A DNA stretch of 58,512 nt from an uncultured beta proteobacterium (GTDB lineage Bacteria > Pseudomonadota > Gammaproteobacteria > Burkholderiales > SG8-39), in NCBI GenBank assembly GCA_903899705.1, contig CAIUKQ010000222.1:1-58512 (forward strand), written 5' to 3'. The translations under genes were made by a program, and so were the position numbers. Shown here one piece after another: positions 1 to 8,824 of the stretch (positions are counted from its first letter, which is position 1; each line of letters opens with the position of its first letter). The notes under the pieces were generated by a model. The model saw only the letters and a program-made list of their open reading frames with translations, ran no database searches and was not told the origin of the DNA.

Positions 1-76
1 CGGAGAGTAATCGAATCCCTCCGCAGGCGCGCAATCCCAGCACCATGAGTCGTGCGCACGCTTTACTGGACTTCAC

Positions 77-1210
77 TTGTCGCTCTACTACCTCGCTTTA
101 ATCGGCGCCCTCAACCAGTCTTTGCACACCGGAGGGCGGGTTGCGATATCGCTGGCCGCAGTCGGCCTTCACGCCACGCCCGTGGTGATCGGCACGATCG
201 TCGCACTTTACGGGTTGTTGCCGATGCTGCTCTCGGTGCCGGTGGGCAAACTGAACGACCGTATCGGGCCGCGCCTGCCGATGACGATGGGAACCCTGTT
301 CTTTGTGATCGGCGGATTGCTGCCCAGCTACCATCCGGACCTCCTCACGCTGTATATCGCCGCCACCTTCACCGGCATGGGCAACATGACCTTCCAGTTG
401 TCGATCCAGAACGCCGTGGGCCACATGGGCGGACGAGACGATCGCACGCGCAACTTCAGCACGCTGGCCATCGGTATGTCGGCCGGCGCCATCGTCGGGC
501 CGCTGGTGGCGGGCTATGCCATCGACTATGCGGGCTATGAGCCGGCATTCATCTTTCTCAGCCTGCTCCCGTTTTCAGCGCTGATCATGCTTGCAAGCCT
601 CGACCTCAAACTGCAGAAGCCGGATCCAGTCGCGAAATCCGCGACGAAGACCCGCACTCTGGACCTGCTCTCCAACCGCGGCCTTGTGGCCATCTACCTG
701 CTGACCGGCATCCATGTGATGAGCTGGGAGTTGTTCAGCTTCCTCATGCCAGTGCACGGTTCCGAAATAGGACTTTCGGCTTCGGTAATCGGCCTGATCA
801 TGGGCGCATTTTCGGCCGCGTCTTTCACCATGCGCGTTCTGCTGCCGCCACTTGCCAAGCGCTTCGACCACTGGACGCTGATCCGGGGAATGCTGATGCT
901 TGCCGGGGCGATGTTCGCCCTGCTGCCGCTGTCGAATCTCACCGCCGTGCTGGTCTTGCTCTCGGCCATCATCGGCGCCTGTCTGGGTGCCGCACAACCG
1001 CTCACGATGACGCTGATCCATGACAATTCGCCGGCCGGGCGCATCGGCGAATCGCTTGGCGTGCGAACCACCGTGGTCTGCTCTTTTCAGTTTGCCATGC
1101 CGCTGGTGTTCGGCACGCTGGGCAGTCTTTTCGGGCTCACCCCGGTGTTCTGGGTGACGGCGGTGCTGATCTGCGGCGGCATGGCCGCGATACGAACCGG
1201 TAAGAACTAG
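77..1210 (+). CDS. MFS transporter
   Basis: 377 aa with about 12 hydrophobic segments; MFS motif A-like GKLNDRIGPR; TTG start is uncertain. Confidence 0.85.
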   Translation: MSLYYLALIGALNQSLHTGGRVAISLAAVGLHATPVVIGTIVALYGLLPMLLSVPVGKLNDRIGPRLPMTMGTLFFVIGGLLPSYHPDLLTLYIAATFTGMGNMTFQLSIQNAVGHMGGRDDRTRNFSTLAIGMSAGAIVGPLVAGYAIDYAGYEPAFIFLSLLPFSALIMLASLDLKLQKPDPVAKSATKTRTLDLLSNRGLVAIYLLTGIHVMSWELFSFLMPVHGSEIGLSASVIGLIMGAFSAASFTMRVLLPPLAKRFDHWTLIRGMLMLAGAMFALLPLSNLTAVLVLLSAIIGACLGAAQPLTMTLIHDNSPAGRIGESLGVRTTVVCSFQFAMPLVFGTLGSLFGLTPVFWVTAVLICGGMAAIRTGKN

Positions 1211-1260
1211 GAAAGTGCTGATTCGGGGGAGTTACGAGGGTTTTCAGGTCCCTTTGCTCC

Positions 1261-2136
1261 TCAATCCTCTGCGTATTCCAGAACCGTGGTCCGGCGCATG
1301 TCGCGCGGATACCGGGTGTCGTCGAACGGTGTTGCCCGGTGCATGGTGGCGAGGTTGTCCCACACGAGCAGATCATGAAGCTGCCACTGGTGGCGGAAAA
1401 CAAATTGCGGTTGCGTGGCATGGGTCGTGAGCTCTGCGAGCAGCGCCCGTCCCTCGTCGAGGGGCCAGCCCACGATGTGCGAGGCATGAGCGGCCAGGTA
1501 CAGAACCTTGCGTGCTGATCCGGGATGCACGTGGACGAGGCCATGATGCGACGGCGGGCGTGTTGCCTGTTCGGTCGCGCTGACATCCGACATGCCGGCC
1601 AGTGCGCGTGAGTACCAGATGGAGTGCTCAACCACCAGCGAGTCGACCTTCTTCTTCATTGTCTCCGGCAGGGCGTCATAGGCGGCCCGCATGTCGGCGA
1701 ATTCGGTGTCGGCGCCCTCGGGAGGAATCACGTGCGCCGCAAGCAGGGACAGCGTGGCACGATTGGCATCGAAGGAAACGTCGGTGTGCCACAACAGGTT
1801 GCCGCGCGCGTACGCGCGGCGCCGGTCGTCTTCGGGCAGCAGTCCGCCATCGTTGTCGATGTTGCCCACATCGATGAGCTCCGGATAGGCGAGACGCGAC
1901 TTGGAATTGCCCACCATGGTGAGCATCTTCATTTTCTGCAGCGGCCCCAGACGCCGGGTGAAATTGACGTGCTGCGAGTCGGTGAAGGGCGCGGCGTGGC
2001 GGATCACGGCGACGCCATGGCGATTCATGGCCTCCTGGAACTCACGGACCTGTGCGTCACTCACGGGCTTTGACAGGTCGATGCCGTGCAATTCGACGGC
2101 GAACAGGGGATGCAGGGGTGTGGTGGTGATGCTCAT
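1261..2136 (-). CDS. TauD/TfdA family Fe(II)/2-oxoglutarate dioxygenase
   Basis: HxD motif NLLWHTDVSF and C-terminal WDNLATMHRA...RDMRRTT. Confidence 0.92.
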   Translation of the reverse strand: MSITTTPLHPLFAVELHGIDLSKPVSDAQVREFQEAMNRHGVAVIRHAAPFTDSQHVNFTRRLGPLQKMKMLTMVGNSKSRLAYPELIDVGNIDNDGGLLPEDDRRRAYARGNLLWHTDVSFDANRATLSLLAAHVIPPEGADTEFADMRAAYDALPETMKKKVDSLVVEHSIWYSRALAGMSDVSATEQATRPPSHHGLVHVHPGSARKVLYLAAHASHIVGWPLDEGRALLAELTTHATQPQFVFRHQWQLHDLLVWDNLATMHRATPFDDTRYPRDMRRTTVLEYAED

Positions 2137-2304
2137 GCGGCAATTATCGCAAGATTGGGCTTATGCCGGCGGACGTCTTTGTTACCGGGCCGGAAATTGA
2201 GGGGCCGGACCCGTGAACGCGCCGTGTGTGTGGCCTTGAATCTTCGCATCACGCCGGTAAAATGCGCGATTTTTTCAACTGGCAATTCAAAAGCAAGTGG
2301 GCAG

Positions 2305-2805
2305 ATGGAAACAGCAACGCAGGGTTCAACGCGCAACGACCAACGCGGCAATATTCAAGACAAGGACAAGGGAAAGCGGCGTTTCGTAAGGCGCAATTCC
2401 CGCATTCATGGCAAAGGCGTATTCGCCAGGATGCTTATTCCCGCAGGGATGCGTCTCATGGAATACAAGGGCGAGCGCATCACCGACAAGCAAAGCGAGG
2501 TTCTATATGCCGATACCACGCATACGTTTCTCTTCATGCTGGACAGCACCATGGTGATCGACGGGGGGCAGAACGGCAATACCTCGCGCTGGATCAACCA
2601 CAGCTGTGAGCCCAATTGCGAGGCCAACGAGGAGGCGGATCGTGTCTATATTGACGCGCTTCGGAACATTGCCGATGGCGAGGAAATCACCATCGACTAC
2701 AACCTGTACCTCGAAGAGCGGCACACGGCCAAGCTGAAGCGTGAATATGCCTGCGGCTGCGGAAAGCGGCGCTGCCGCGGAACCCTTCTCGCGAGCAAGC
2801 GCTAG
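2305..2805 (+). CDS. SET domain protein (putative protein-lysine methyltransferase) with post-SET Cys motif
   Basis: SRIHGKGVFA, RWINHSCEPNC, GEEITIDY and post-SET CGCGKRRCRG; ATG 2305 chosen within ORF 2086..2805. Confidence 0.9.
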   Translation: METATQGSTRNDQRGNIQDKDKGKRRFVRRNSRIHGKGVFARMLIPAGMRLMEYKGERITDKQSEVLYADTTHTFLFMLDSTMVIDGGQNGNTSRWINHSCEPNCEANEEADRVYIDALRNIADGEEITIDYNLYLEERHTAKLKREYACGCGKRRCRGTLLASKR

Positions 2806-2914
2806 CGGCACCGCCGTTTCCCTGAGCGCAGGCGGGAGGATTTCGAGGTAGGATCATGCCGATGGTCTATTGCCATCTCGAATTACCGGATTCGGCCTAT
2901 TCAGGGAGACAGGG

Positions 2915-3259
2915 ATGTTCGTGAAAGACAGGCATCTTCCAGCGGTACCGGGCGTCGCCGGGCTGTTGTGCGTTGTGTTTTTGATTGCGGCGGGCGCGGT
3001 GGCGCAGGCAGCCACCCCCGCGCTGACCATGGAAGCCCCTGTGGCGCCGTGTGTCATCCGGCCTGTCATGACGGACGCGGAAATCGACGCCTGCCGTCAG
3101 CCTGAAAAGAAGTCTTCCCCGGGAGGATCCGAAGCGGGGCCGAAAGCCGCGGCGCTGGACGAGTCGCCCCTGGCAAAAGTAGCGGTGCCACGACCGCTGG
3201 CCTGTGAAATCAAACCGGTGATGACGGACGCGGAAATCGACGCCTGCCGGCGGCATTGA
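2915..3259 (+). CDS. Small secreted hypothetical protein with two copies of CxIxPVMTDAEIDACR
   Basis: AGGGAG RBS before ATG 2915; hydrophobic signal ending AVAQA; internal duplication. Confidence 0.7.
   Translation: MFVKDRHLPAVPGVAGLLCVVFLIAAGAVAQAATPALTMEAPVAPCVIRPVMTDAEIDACRQPEKKSSPGGSEAGPKAAALDESPLAKVAVPRPLACEIKPVMTDAEIDACRRH
3068..3249 (+). repeat. 29-bp exact direct repeat atgacggacgcggaaatcgacgcctgccg (3068-3096 and 3221-3249)
   Basis: Read directly from the sequence; both copies are in frame inside the 2915..3259 ORF. Confidence 0.95.
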
Positions 3260-3357
3260 TAATCTGCCGCGGGAATATCCCTCGGAGAGGCTCGGCGTAA
3301 AATGCGCCTCCGCTGTCTCAAGCGGAGTCAGGCACCGATAACCCCAGGGGAGATTTC

Positions 3358-4686
3358 GTGGCAAAAAAGAAAAAGGCCGCCGAGCCGAAGATCATCCGGC
3401 CCGATGACATCAATCCCGATCACAACTGGGGTCGCCCGGTCGGCGCCCCCGGCCACACCCAGGTGGATTTCGAGGAGCGCATCAACTTTCGCCGCCTGCA
3501 CGATTACCGGCTGGCACGCACCCGCGCGGCGCTGAATGAATCGGGCCTTGGCGCGCTGCTTTCGTTTGATCAACACAACATCCGCTATACCACCAGCACG
3601 GTCATCGGCGAATGGGCGCGCGACAAGCTGACCCGCTATTCGCTGCTCACCGGCAATGGCGACCCCTACATCTGGGACTTCGGTTCTGCGGCCAAGCATC
3701 ACCGGCTGCACGCGCCCTGGTTGTGCCACGACCATTGCCGCGCCGGGTTGCTCGGGTTGCGTGGGGCGGTGGGCTCGGACATCACCCTGTTTCGCGAGGC
3801 GGCCAAAGAGATCAAGGCGATCCTGGTGGCCGAAGGCGTGGCCGACATGCCATTGGGCCTCGACGTGGTCGAGCCGCCGATGTTGTTCGAACTGCAGAAG
3901 CTGGGCATCGAAGTGCGCGATGGCCAGCAGGTGATGCTGCAGGCGCGCGAGGTGAAGAACATCGATGAACTGACCCTGCTCAACATGGCGGCTGCCATGG
4001 TGGATGGCGTCTATACCGACATCGCCGAAGCCCTGAAGCCCGGCATCAAGGAATCCGAGATCGTGGCCCTTGCCACGTCGAGGCTGTATGGCATGGGTTC
4101 GGATTGCGTCGAGGCCATCAATGCGATTTCCGGCGAGCGCTGCTCCCCGCATCCGCACAATTTCACCGACCGGCTCATCCGCCCCGGTGACCAGGCGTTC
4201 TTCGACATCATCCAGTCCTTCATGGGCTATCGCACCTGTTACTACCGCACCTTCAATGTGGGACGGGCGACGTCGTCGCAGCGGACCGCCTATCGCAAAG
4301 CGCGGGAGTGGATGGACAAGGCGATCGACCTGCTCAAGCCGGGCATGTCCTCCGACCGGGTGGCACGCGTGCTGCCCAAAGCGCAGGACATCGGCTTCAA
4401 CAGCGAGATGGAAGCCTTCGGCCTGAACTTCTGCCACGGCCTTGGGCTGGGCCTGCACGAGCGCCCGCTGATTTCCCGCCTCACCTCGTTCAAGGACCCC
4501 ATCGAACTCAAGCCCGGCATGGTGTTCGCTGTGGAAACCTACTGTCCGGCCAGCGACGGCATATCGGCGGCGCGCATCGAAGAAGAGGTGATCCTGACAG
4601 ACCGCGGCGCGCAGATCATTTCGCTGTACCCGGCACAGGAGCTGCCGATCGCCAACCCCTATGACCGGCAGCACCGCTACTACTGA
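3358..4686 (+). CDS. M24 (Xaa-Pro peptidase/creatinase-like) hydrolase
   Basis: Creatinase-N-like region (NIRYTT) and pita-bread motifs FFDI..GY, HGLGLGLHERP, GMVFAVE, RIEEEV; GGGGAG RBS before GTG. Confidence 0.88.
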   Translation: MAKKKKAAEPKIIRPDDINPDHNWGRPVGAPGHTQVDFEERINFRRLHDYRLARTRAALNESGLGALLSFDQHNIRYTTSTVIGEWARDKLTRYSLLTGNGDPYIWDFGSAAKHHRLHAPWLCHDHCRAGLLGLRGAVGSDITLFREAAKEIKAILVAEGVADMPLGLDVVEPPMLFELQKLGIEVRDGQQVMLQAREVKNIDELTLLNMAAAMVDGVYTDIAEALKPGIKESEIVALATSRLYGMGSDCVEAINAISGERCSPHPHNFTDRLIRPGDQAFFDIIQSFMGYRTCYYRTFNVGRATSSQRTAYRKAREWMDKAIDLLKPGMSSDRVARVLPKAQDIGFNSEMEAFGLNFCHGLGLGLHERPLISRLTSFKDPIELKPGMVFAVETYCPASDGISAARIEEEVILTDRGAQIISLYPAQELPIANPYDRQHRYY

Positions 4687-4713
4687 TTCGCGGTATCATT
4701 AAATATTCAATAT

Positions 4714-4726
4714 AATCAAATACTTA
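4714..4726 (+). promoter_or_regulatory. IHF consensus site in an AT-rich spacer
   Basis: AATCAAATACTTA matches WATCAANNNNTTR exactly. Confidence 0.55.
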
Positions 4727-4767
4727 CTATTGATATTCAACTTCGGCATAGATGAGGACGCCAAGCC

Positions 4768-5760
4768 ATGAGCACCACCCGCATTCCTGAGGCAACCCGC
4801 CTCGCGCTTTACCGGCAGATGATGGAGATACGCTACTGCGAGAAGCGCGCGTATGACCTTTTTCTGCAGAACCTGGTCAAGGGAACCAGCCACCTGGCGC
4901 TTGGACAGGAGGCCGTGGCAGCCGGGTTCGGCGTCGCCATGAACAAGGATGACTACACGTTCTGCACGTACCGCGGCCATCACCACACGCTGGCACGCGG
5001 CGCATCCATGCTCTCGGTGCTGGGCGAACTGATGGGCCGGCAATGCGGGCTGATGAAAGGCAAGGGCGGCTCCATGCACCTGACCAGCGTGGAGCACGGC
5101 GTGATGGGTTCCTACGCCATCGTCGGCGCCCATCTGCCGGTTGCCGCGGGTGCCGCGTGGTCGGCGCAGTATCGCGGCACCAAGCAGGTGGCTACGGCCT
5201 TTTTTGGAGATGGCGCCACCAACATCGGTGCGTTTCACGAAGCTCTGAACCTTGCCTGCGTCTGGAAGCTGCCGGTGGTGTTCGTGTGCGAAAACAACGG
5301 CTATATGGAATACACGCCGATCGGCAGTGTCACCGCGGTGGAGCATCCCGCGGCCGATCGCGCCGCCTCCTACGGTCTTCCGCGCATCCTGATCGACGGC
5401 AATGATGCTGACGTGGTGTACCAGACGGCGTGCGATGCCTTTGATAAGGCGCGCGCCGGTGGCGGCCCGTCGCTGATCGAATGCCTCACCTATCGCCACA
5501 GCGGCCACTCGCGCGCCGACCCCGGCAAGTATCGTCCGAAAGGCGAAGTTGAGGAATGGATGAAAAAAGATCCGGTCGTGTCCTATCGCGTCCGGCTCCT
5601 CGAAGCCGGTGTCGCCGAGGTGACACTGGATGAGATCGACGCTGCCGCGATGGCGACGCTGGATGAGGCCACCGAACAGGCCAAGGCCTCGCCCCTTCCG
5701 GAGATTGCCAGCGCCTATACCGACGTTTTTGCAGATGGAGGCGCAGCATGGCGCAACTGA
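4768..5760 (+). CDS. TPP-dependent dehydrogenase E1 alpha subunit (acetoin/pyruvate dehydrogenase-like)
   Basis: GQEA, TYRGH, GKGGSMH, TPP motif GDGATN...ENN, TYRHSGHS. Confidence 0.93.
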   Translation: MSTTRIPEATRLALYRQMMEIRYCEKRAYDLFLQNLVKGTSHLALGQEAVAAGFGVAMNKDDYTFCTYRGHHHTLARGASMLSVLGELMGRQCGLMKGKGGSMHLTSVEHGVMGSYAIVGAHLPVAAGAAWSAQYRGTKQVATAFFGDGATNIGAFHEALNLACVWKLPVVFVCENNGYMEYTPIGSVTAVEHPAADRAASYGLPRILIDGNDADVVYQTACDAFDKARAGGGPSLIECLTYRHSGHSRADPGKYRPKGEVEEWMKKDPVVSYRVRLLEAGVAEVTLDEIDAAAMATLDEATEQAKASPLPEIASAYTDVFADGGAAWRN

Positions 5761-6728
5761 GTTATCGGGACGCGGTTTCCGCGGGTATTGCCCAGGAGAT
5801 GCTGCGCGACAAGCGTGTGGTGCTGTTGGGCGAGGATTCGGCTGCGGCGGGCGGCGTGTTCAAGACTACCGTGGGTCTGTTCGAACAGTTCGGACCCACG
5901 CGGGTGCGCGACACGCCGATTTCGGAACTGGCCATCCTCGGCGCCGCCATGGGAGCCGCCATGACGGGCTTGAGGCCCATTGCCGAAATCATGTTTTCGG
6001 ATTTTCTGGCCTGCTGCTGGGACTACGTGGCCAATGAAATTGCCAAGACCCGCTACATGAGCGACGGCCAGCTTGAAGTGCCGCTGGTGATCCGCACCGC
6101 CAACGGCGCGGGCTCGCGCTTTGGCGCGCAGCATTCGCAAAGCGTGGAAAACTGGGCGATGGCGATTCCGGGCCTGAAGGTGGTTGCACCCTCGAACGCC
6201 GCCGATGCCAAGGGCTTGCTCGCCGCGGCCATCCGCGATCCGGACCCGGTGATTTTCTTCGAGCACAAGAGCCTGCTCGGTAACAAGTGCGAAGTACCGG
6301 ACGGCGAGTACGTGCTGCCGCTGGGTCAGGCGGCGGTGCTGCGCGAAGGCGGGGATGCCACCATCATCGCGCTGGCTGCCATGGTGCCGCGCGCCCTGAA
6401 GGCCGCGGAAACCCTGGCCGCAGAACACGGCATCTCGGCAACGGTCATCGATCTTCGCTGCCTCGTGCCGCTGGATACGAAAACCATCCTTGCGCACTCG
6501 GCGCGCACCGGCCGGGTGTTCACCGTGGAAGAAAATCCTCGCCTGTGCGGCTGGGGCGCCGAGGTTGTTTCCATCATCCAGGAAGAGGCGTTCAGTTCGC
6601 TCAAGGGGCCTATTGTTCGCATCACCACGCCGCATATTCCGCTGCCCTCGGCCGATCAGCTGGAGGACGCGGTCATTCCCTCGGTGGCGCGCATCATCGC
6701 TGATGTGCGAAAGGCGCTGGGTAAATAG
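5748..6728 (+). CDS. TPP-dependent dehydrogenase E1 beta subunit
   Basis: GED, RVRDTPISE, AQHSQS, DPVIFFEHK; overlaps the E1 alpha stop. Confidence 0.93.
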   Translation: MAQLSYRDAVSAGIAQEMLRDKRVVLLGEDSAAAGGVFKTTVGLFEQFGPTRVRDTPISELAILGAAMGAAMTGLRPIAEIMFSDFLACCWDYVANEIAKTRYMSDGQLEVPLVIRTANGAGSRFGAQHSQSVENWAMAIPGLKVVAPSNAADAKGLLAAAIRDPDPVIFFEHKSLLGNKCEVPDGEYVLPLGQAAVLREGGDATIIALAAMVPRALKAAETLAAEHGISATVIDLRCLVPLDTKTILAHSARTGRVFTVEENPRLCGWGAEVVSIIQEEAFSSLKGPIVRITTPHIPLPSADQLEDAVIPSVARIIADVRKALGK

Positions 6729-6730
6729 GC

Positions 6731-7765
6731 ATGGCTGCAAAGATCCAGGAAATCATCATGCCGCAGCTGGGCGAGACGGTCCAGGAGGGTACCGTGCTCA
6801 GCTGGTACAAGAAAGTCGGCGACAGTATCAAGGCGGATGAACCCTTGTTCGATGTCGAAACCGAAAAGGTGACGACGGAAATTCCCTGTCCGATCGCGGG
6901 CGTGGTCATCGAAATTCTGGTGGAAGCCGGTACGACAGTGCCCGTCGGCACCAAACTTGCCGTGGTCGAAGCGGCCGGTGCAAAGCCGGCTGCCGCCGCG
7001 CCTCAGGCCGCGGTTGCGCCATCCGCCCCGGCCAAACCCGCCGCAGCGTCGCAGGCGGATGACGAAATCATTCCTCACAGCAAGTTGCGCAAGCAGACCG
7101 CTGCCCACATGGTGAAATCCAAAGCCACCAGCCCGCATGTGTTGCAGGCCGTGGAGGTGGATTTCGATCGCGTCGAACAGGCCCGCAAGGCCAGGGGCGA
7201 CGCCTGGAGAGGCAGCGAGGGCTTTTCGCTTTCCTACCTTCCCTTCATTGCGCGCGCGGTCTGCGAGGCGATTGCCGAATTCCCGAAAGTGAATGCGAGC
7301 TTCAACGAAGACGCGTTGGTGGTGCACAAACGCGTGCATCTGGGTGTGGCCGTCGACCTGAATTTCGAGGGTCTGATGGTGCCGGTGATCCGCGACGCGC
7401 AGAAGTTTGACGTCCCGGCCCTGGCCCGTGAAATCAACCGCCTCGCCGCCGCGGCGCGCGCCGGAACTTTGGTGCCCGACGAAGTCACGGGTGGCACCTA
7501 TACGCTGTCCAATTCCGGACCTTTCGGCACATTGATGACGGCGCCAATCATCAGCCAGCCGCAGGTCGCGATTCTGTCGACCGATGCCGTGAAGAAGAAG
7601 CCGGTTGTGATCGAAGGCGCGAATGGCGACACCATTGCCATCCGGCCGGTGGGCGTTCTCGCGCAGTCTTTCGACCACCGGGCCTTCGACGGCGCCTATT
7701 CGGCGGCATTTTTGCGCCGGGTGAAGGACATTCTGGAATCGCGGGATTGGTCGGCGTCGTTCTGA
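6731..7765 (+). CDS. Dihydrolipoamide acyltransferase E2 (single lipoyl domain)
   Basis: MPQLGETV...ETEKV lipoyl site, Ala/Pro linker, catalytic SFDHRAFDG. Confidence 0.92.
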   Translation: MAAKIQEIIMPQLGETVQEGTVLSWYKKVGDSIKADEPLFDVETEKVTTEIPCPIAGVVIEILVEAGTTVPVGTKLAVVEAAGAKPAAAAPQAAVAPSAPAKPAAASQADDEIIPHSKLRKQTAAHMVKSKATSPHVLQAVEVDFDRVEQARKARGDAWRGSEGFSLSYLPFIARAVCEAIAEFPKVNASFNEDALVVHKRVHLGVAVDLNFEGLMVPVIRDAQKFDVPALAREINRLAAAARAGTLVPDEVTGGTYTLSNSGPFGTLMTAPIISQPQVAILSTDAVKKKPVVIEGANGDTIAIRPVGVLAQSFDHRAFDGAYSAAFLRRVKDILESRDWSASF

Positions 7766-7841
7766 CCTTCAAGCGGGTGTGCACGACAGAATGAGGGCCA
7801 TGACCTTCATCACCTTGTAGCGGATCAACAGGAGACTTTCC

Positions 7842-8786
7842 TTGGGCGAATCAAAAAAACCGACAATAGGCTGGCTGGGCGCCGGCCGCATGGGTTACGA
7901 CATGGCCAAATGCCTGGCCAAGGCGGGCTACGACATCACGGTCTGGAATCGCACGCGCGCCAAGGCGGAGCCGCTGGCCAAGGAAGGCGCGAAGATTGCG
8001 AACCATCCTTCCGATTTGGCTTCCTGCGATTTCATATTCAGTATGCTGGCCACGGCGGATGACGTGAATGCTGTCATCCTTGGACCCGAGGGCCTGCTGT
8101 CAAAAGCCAAACCCGGGCAGACGGGCCTGCCGAAAATGCTGGTCGAATCCACTTCGATTTCGACCGAGGCCTCGGCAGACCTTCGCGCCGCCCTCGATCA
8201 GTTCGGGATCCAGATGCTGGCCGCGCCGGTGAGCGGCAATGCCAAGGTGGTTAAGGCGGGCAAGCTCTCCTTTGTTGTCTCCGGTCCGAAATCGGCGTTT
8301 GATGCGGCCGCTCCAATGTTGGGTGTTATCGGACAGGAAGCCACGTGGGTGGGCGAGGGCGACCTCGCGCGCGTGGTCAAGATCTGCCACAACGTGTTTT
8401 TGGGCGTGGTGATCCAGTCGCTGGCAGAAATCACGGTACTTGCGGAAAAGGCGGGCGTACCGCGGCATGCCTTTCTCGACTTCCTCAACAAAAGTGTGAT
8501 GGGCTCGGTGTTCTCCCGCTACAAAACCCCGGCGCTGGTCAATCTGGATTTCAAGGTAACCTTCACACCCTACCTGCTGAGGAAGGATCTGGACCTGGGC
8601 CTCGCCGCGGCACGCGGTCTCGACGTGCCCATGCCGCTCGCATCGATCGCGCGCGACATGGTGCAGGCGATGATGGGCAACGGCTATGCCGACGAGGATT
8701 TTGCGGCGCTCTTGATTCAACAGGCGCGTGCGTCCGGCATCGAACTCAAACCGGAAAATGTGCCGGTGAGCGATGGATTGAGCTGA
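7842..8786 (+). CDS. NAD(P)-dependent beta-hydroxyacid dehydrogenase (3-hydroxyisobutyrate dehydrogenase family)
   Basis: GWLGAGRMG, WNRT, APVSG, KICHN, LRKDL; AGGAG RBS before TTG. Confidence 0.9.
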   Translation: MGESKKPTIGWLGAGRMGYDMAKCLAKAGYDITVWNRTRAKAEPLAKEGAKIANHPSDLASCDFIFSMLATADDVNAVILGPEGLLSKAKPGQTGLPKMLVESTSISTEASADLRAALDQFGIQMLAAPVSGNAKVVKAGKLSFVVSGPKSAFDAAAPMLGVIGQEATWVGEGDLARVVKICHNVFLGVVIQSLAEITVLAEKAGVPRHAFLDFLNKSVMGSVFSRYKTPALVNLDFKVTFTPYLLRKDLDLGLAAARGLDVPMPLASIARDMVQAMMGNGYADEDFAALLIQQARASGIELKPENVPVSDGLS

Positions 8787-8824
8787 GGCTAATAACGGGA
8801 ATTTCATCAACCGAGGAGGCTGAA

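Noticed and set aside
3068-3249. 29-bp direct repeat as a CRISPR array
   Set aside because: Only two copies, 124 bp apart, in frame within a coding sequence, and no cas genes.
3328-4674. Long antisense ORFs (e.g. 3328..4674, 5715..6740, 15180..16565, 20122..21555, 23174..24625, 32839..33957)
   Set aside because: Shadow frames opposite well-supported genes, as expected at high GC; no recognisable motifs.
4768-7765. Housekeeping pyruvate dehydrogenase
   Set aside because: Catabolic operon context, reduced E2 and no E3; gene symbols withheld.
8345-8824. N-terminal extensions in the ORF track (8345, 11588, 28586, 35873, 47602, 54801) suggesting fusions
   Set aside because: They overlap neighbouring genes in other frames; downstream ATGs with better RBS or family-typical N-termini fit better.
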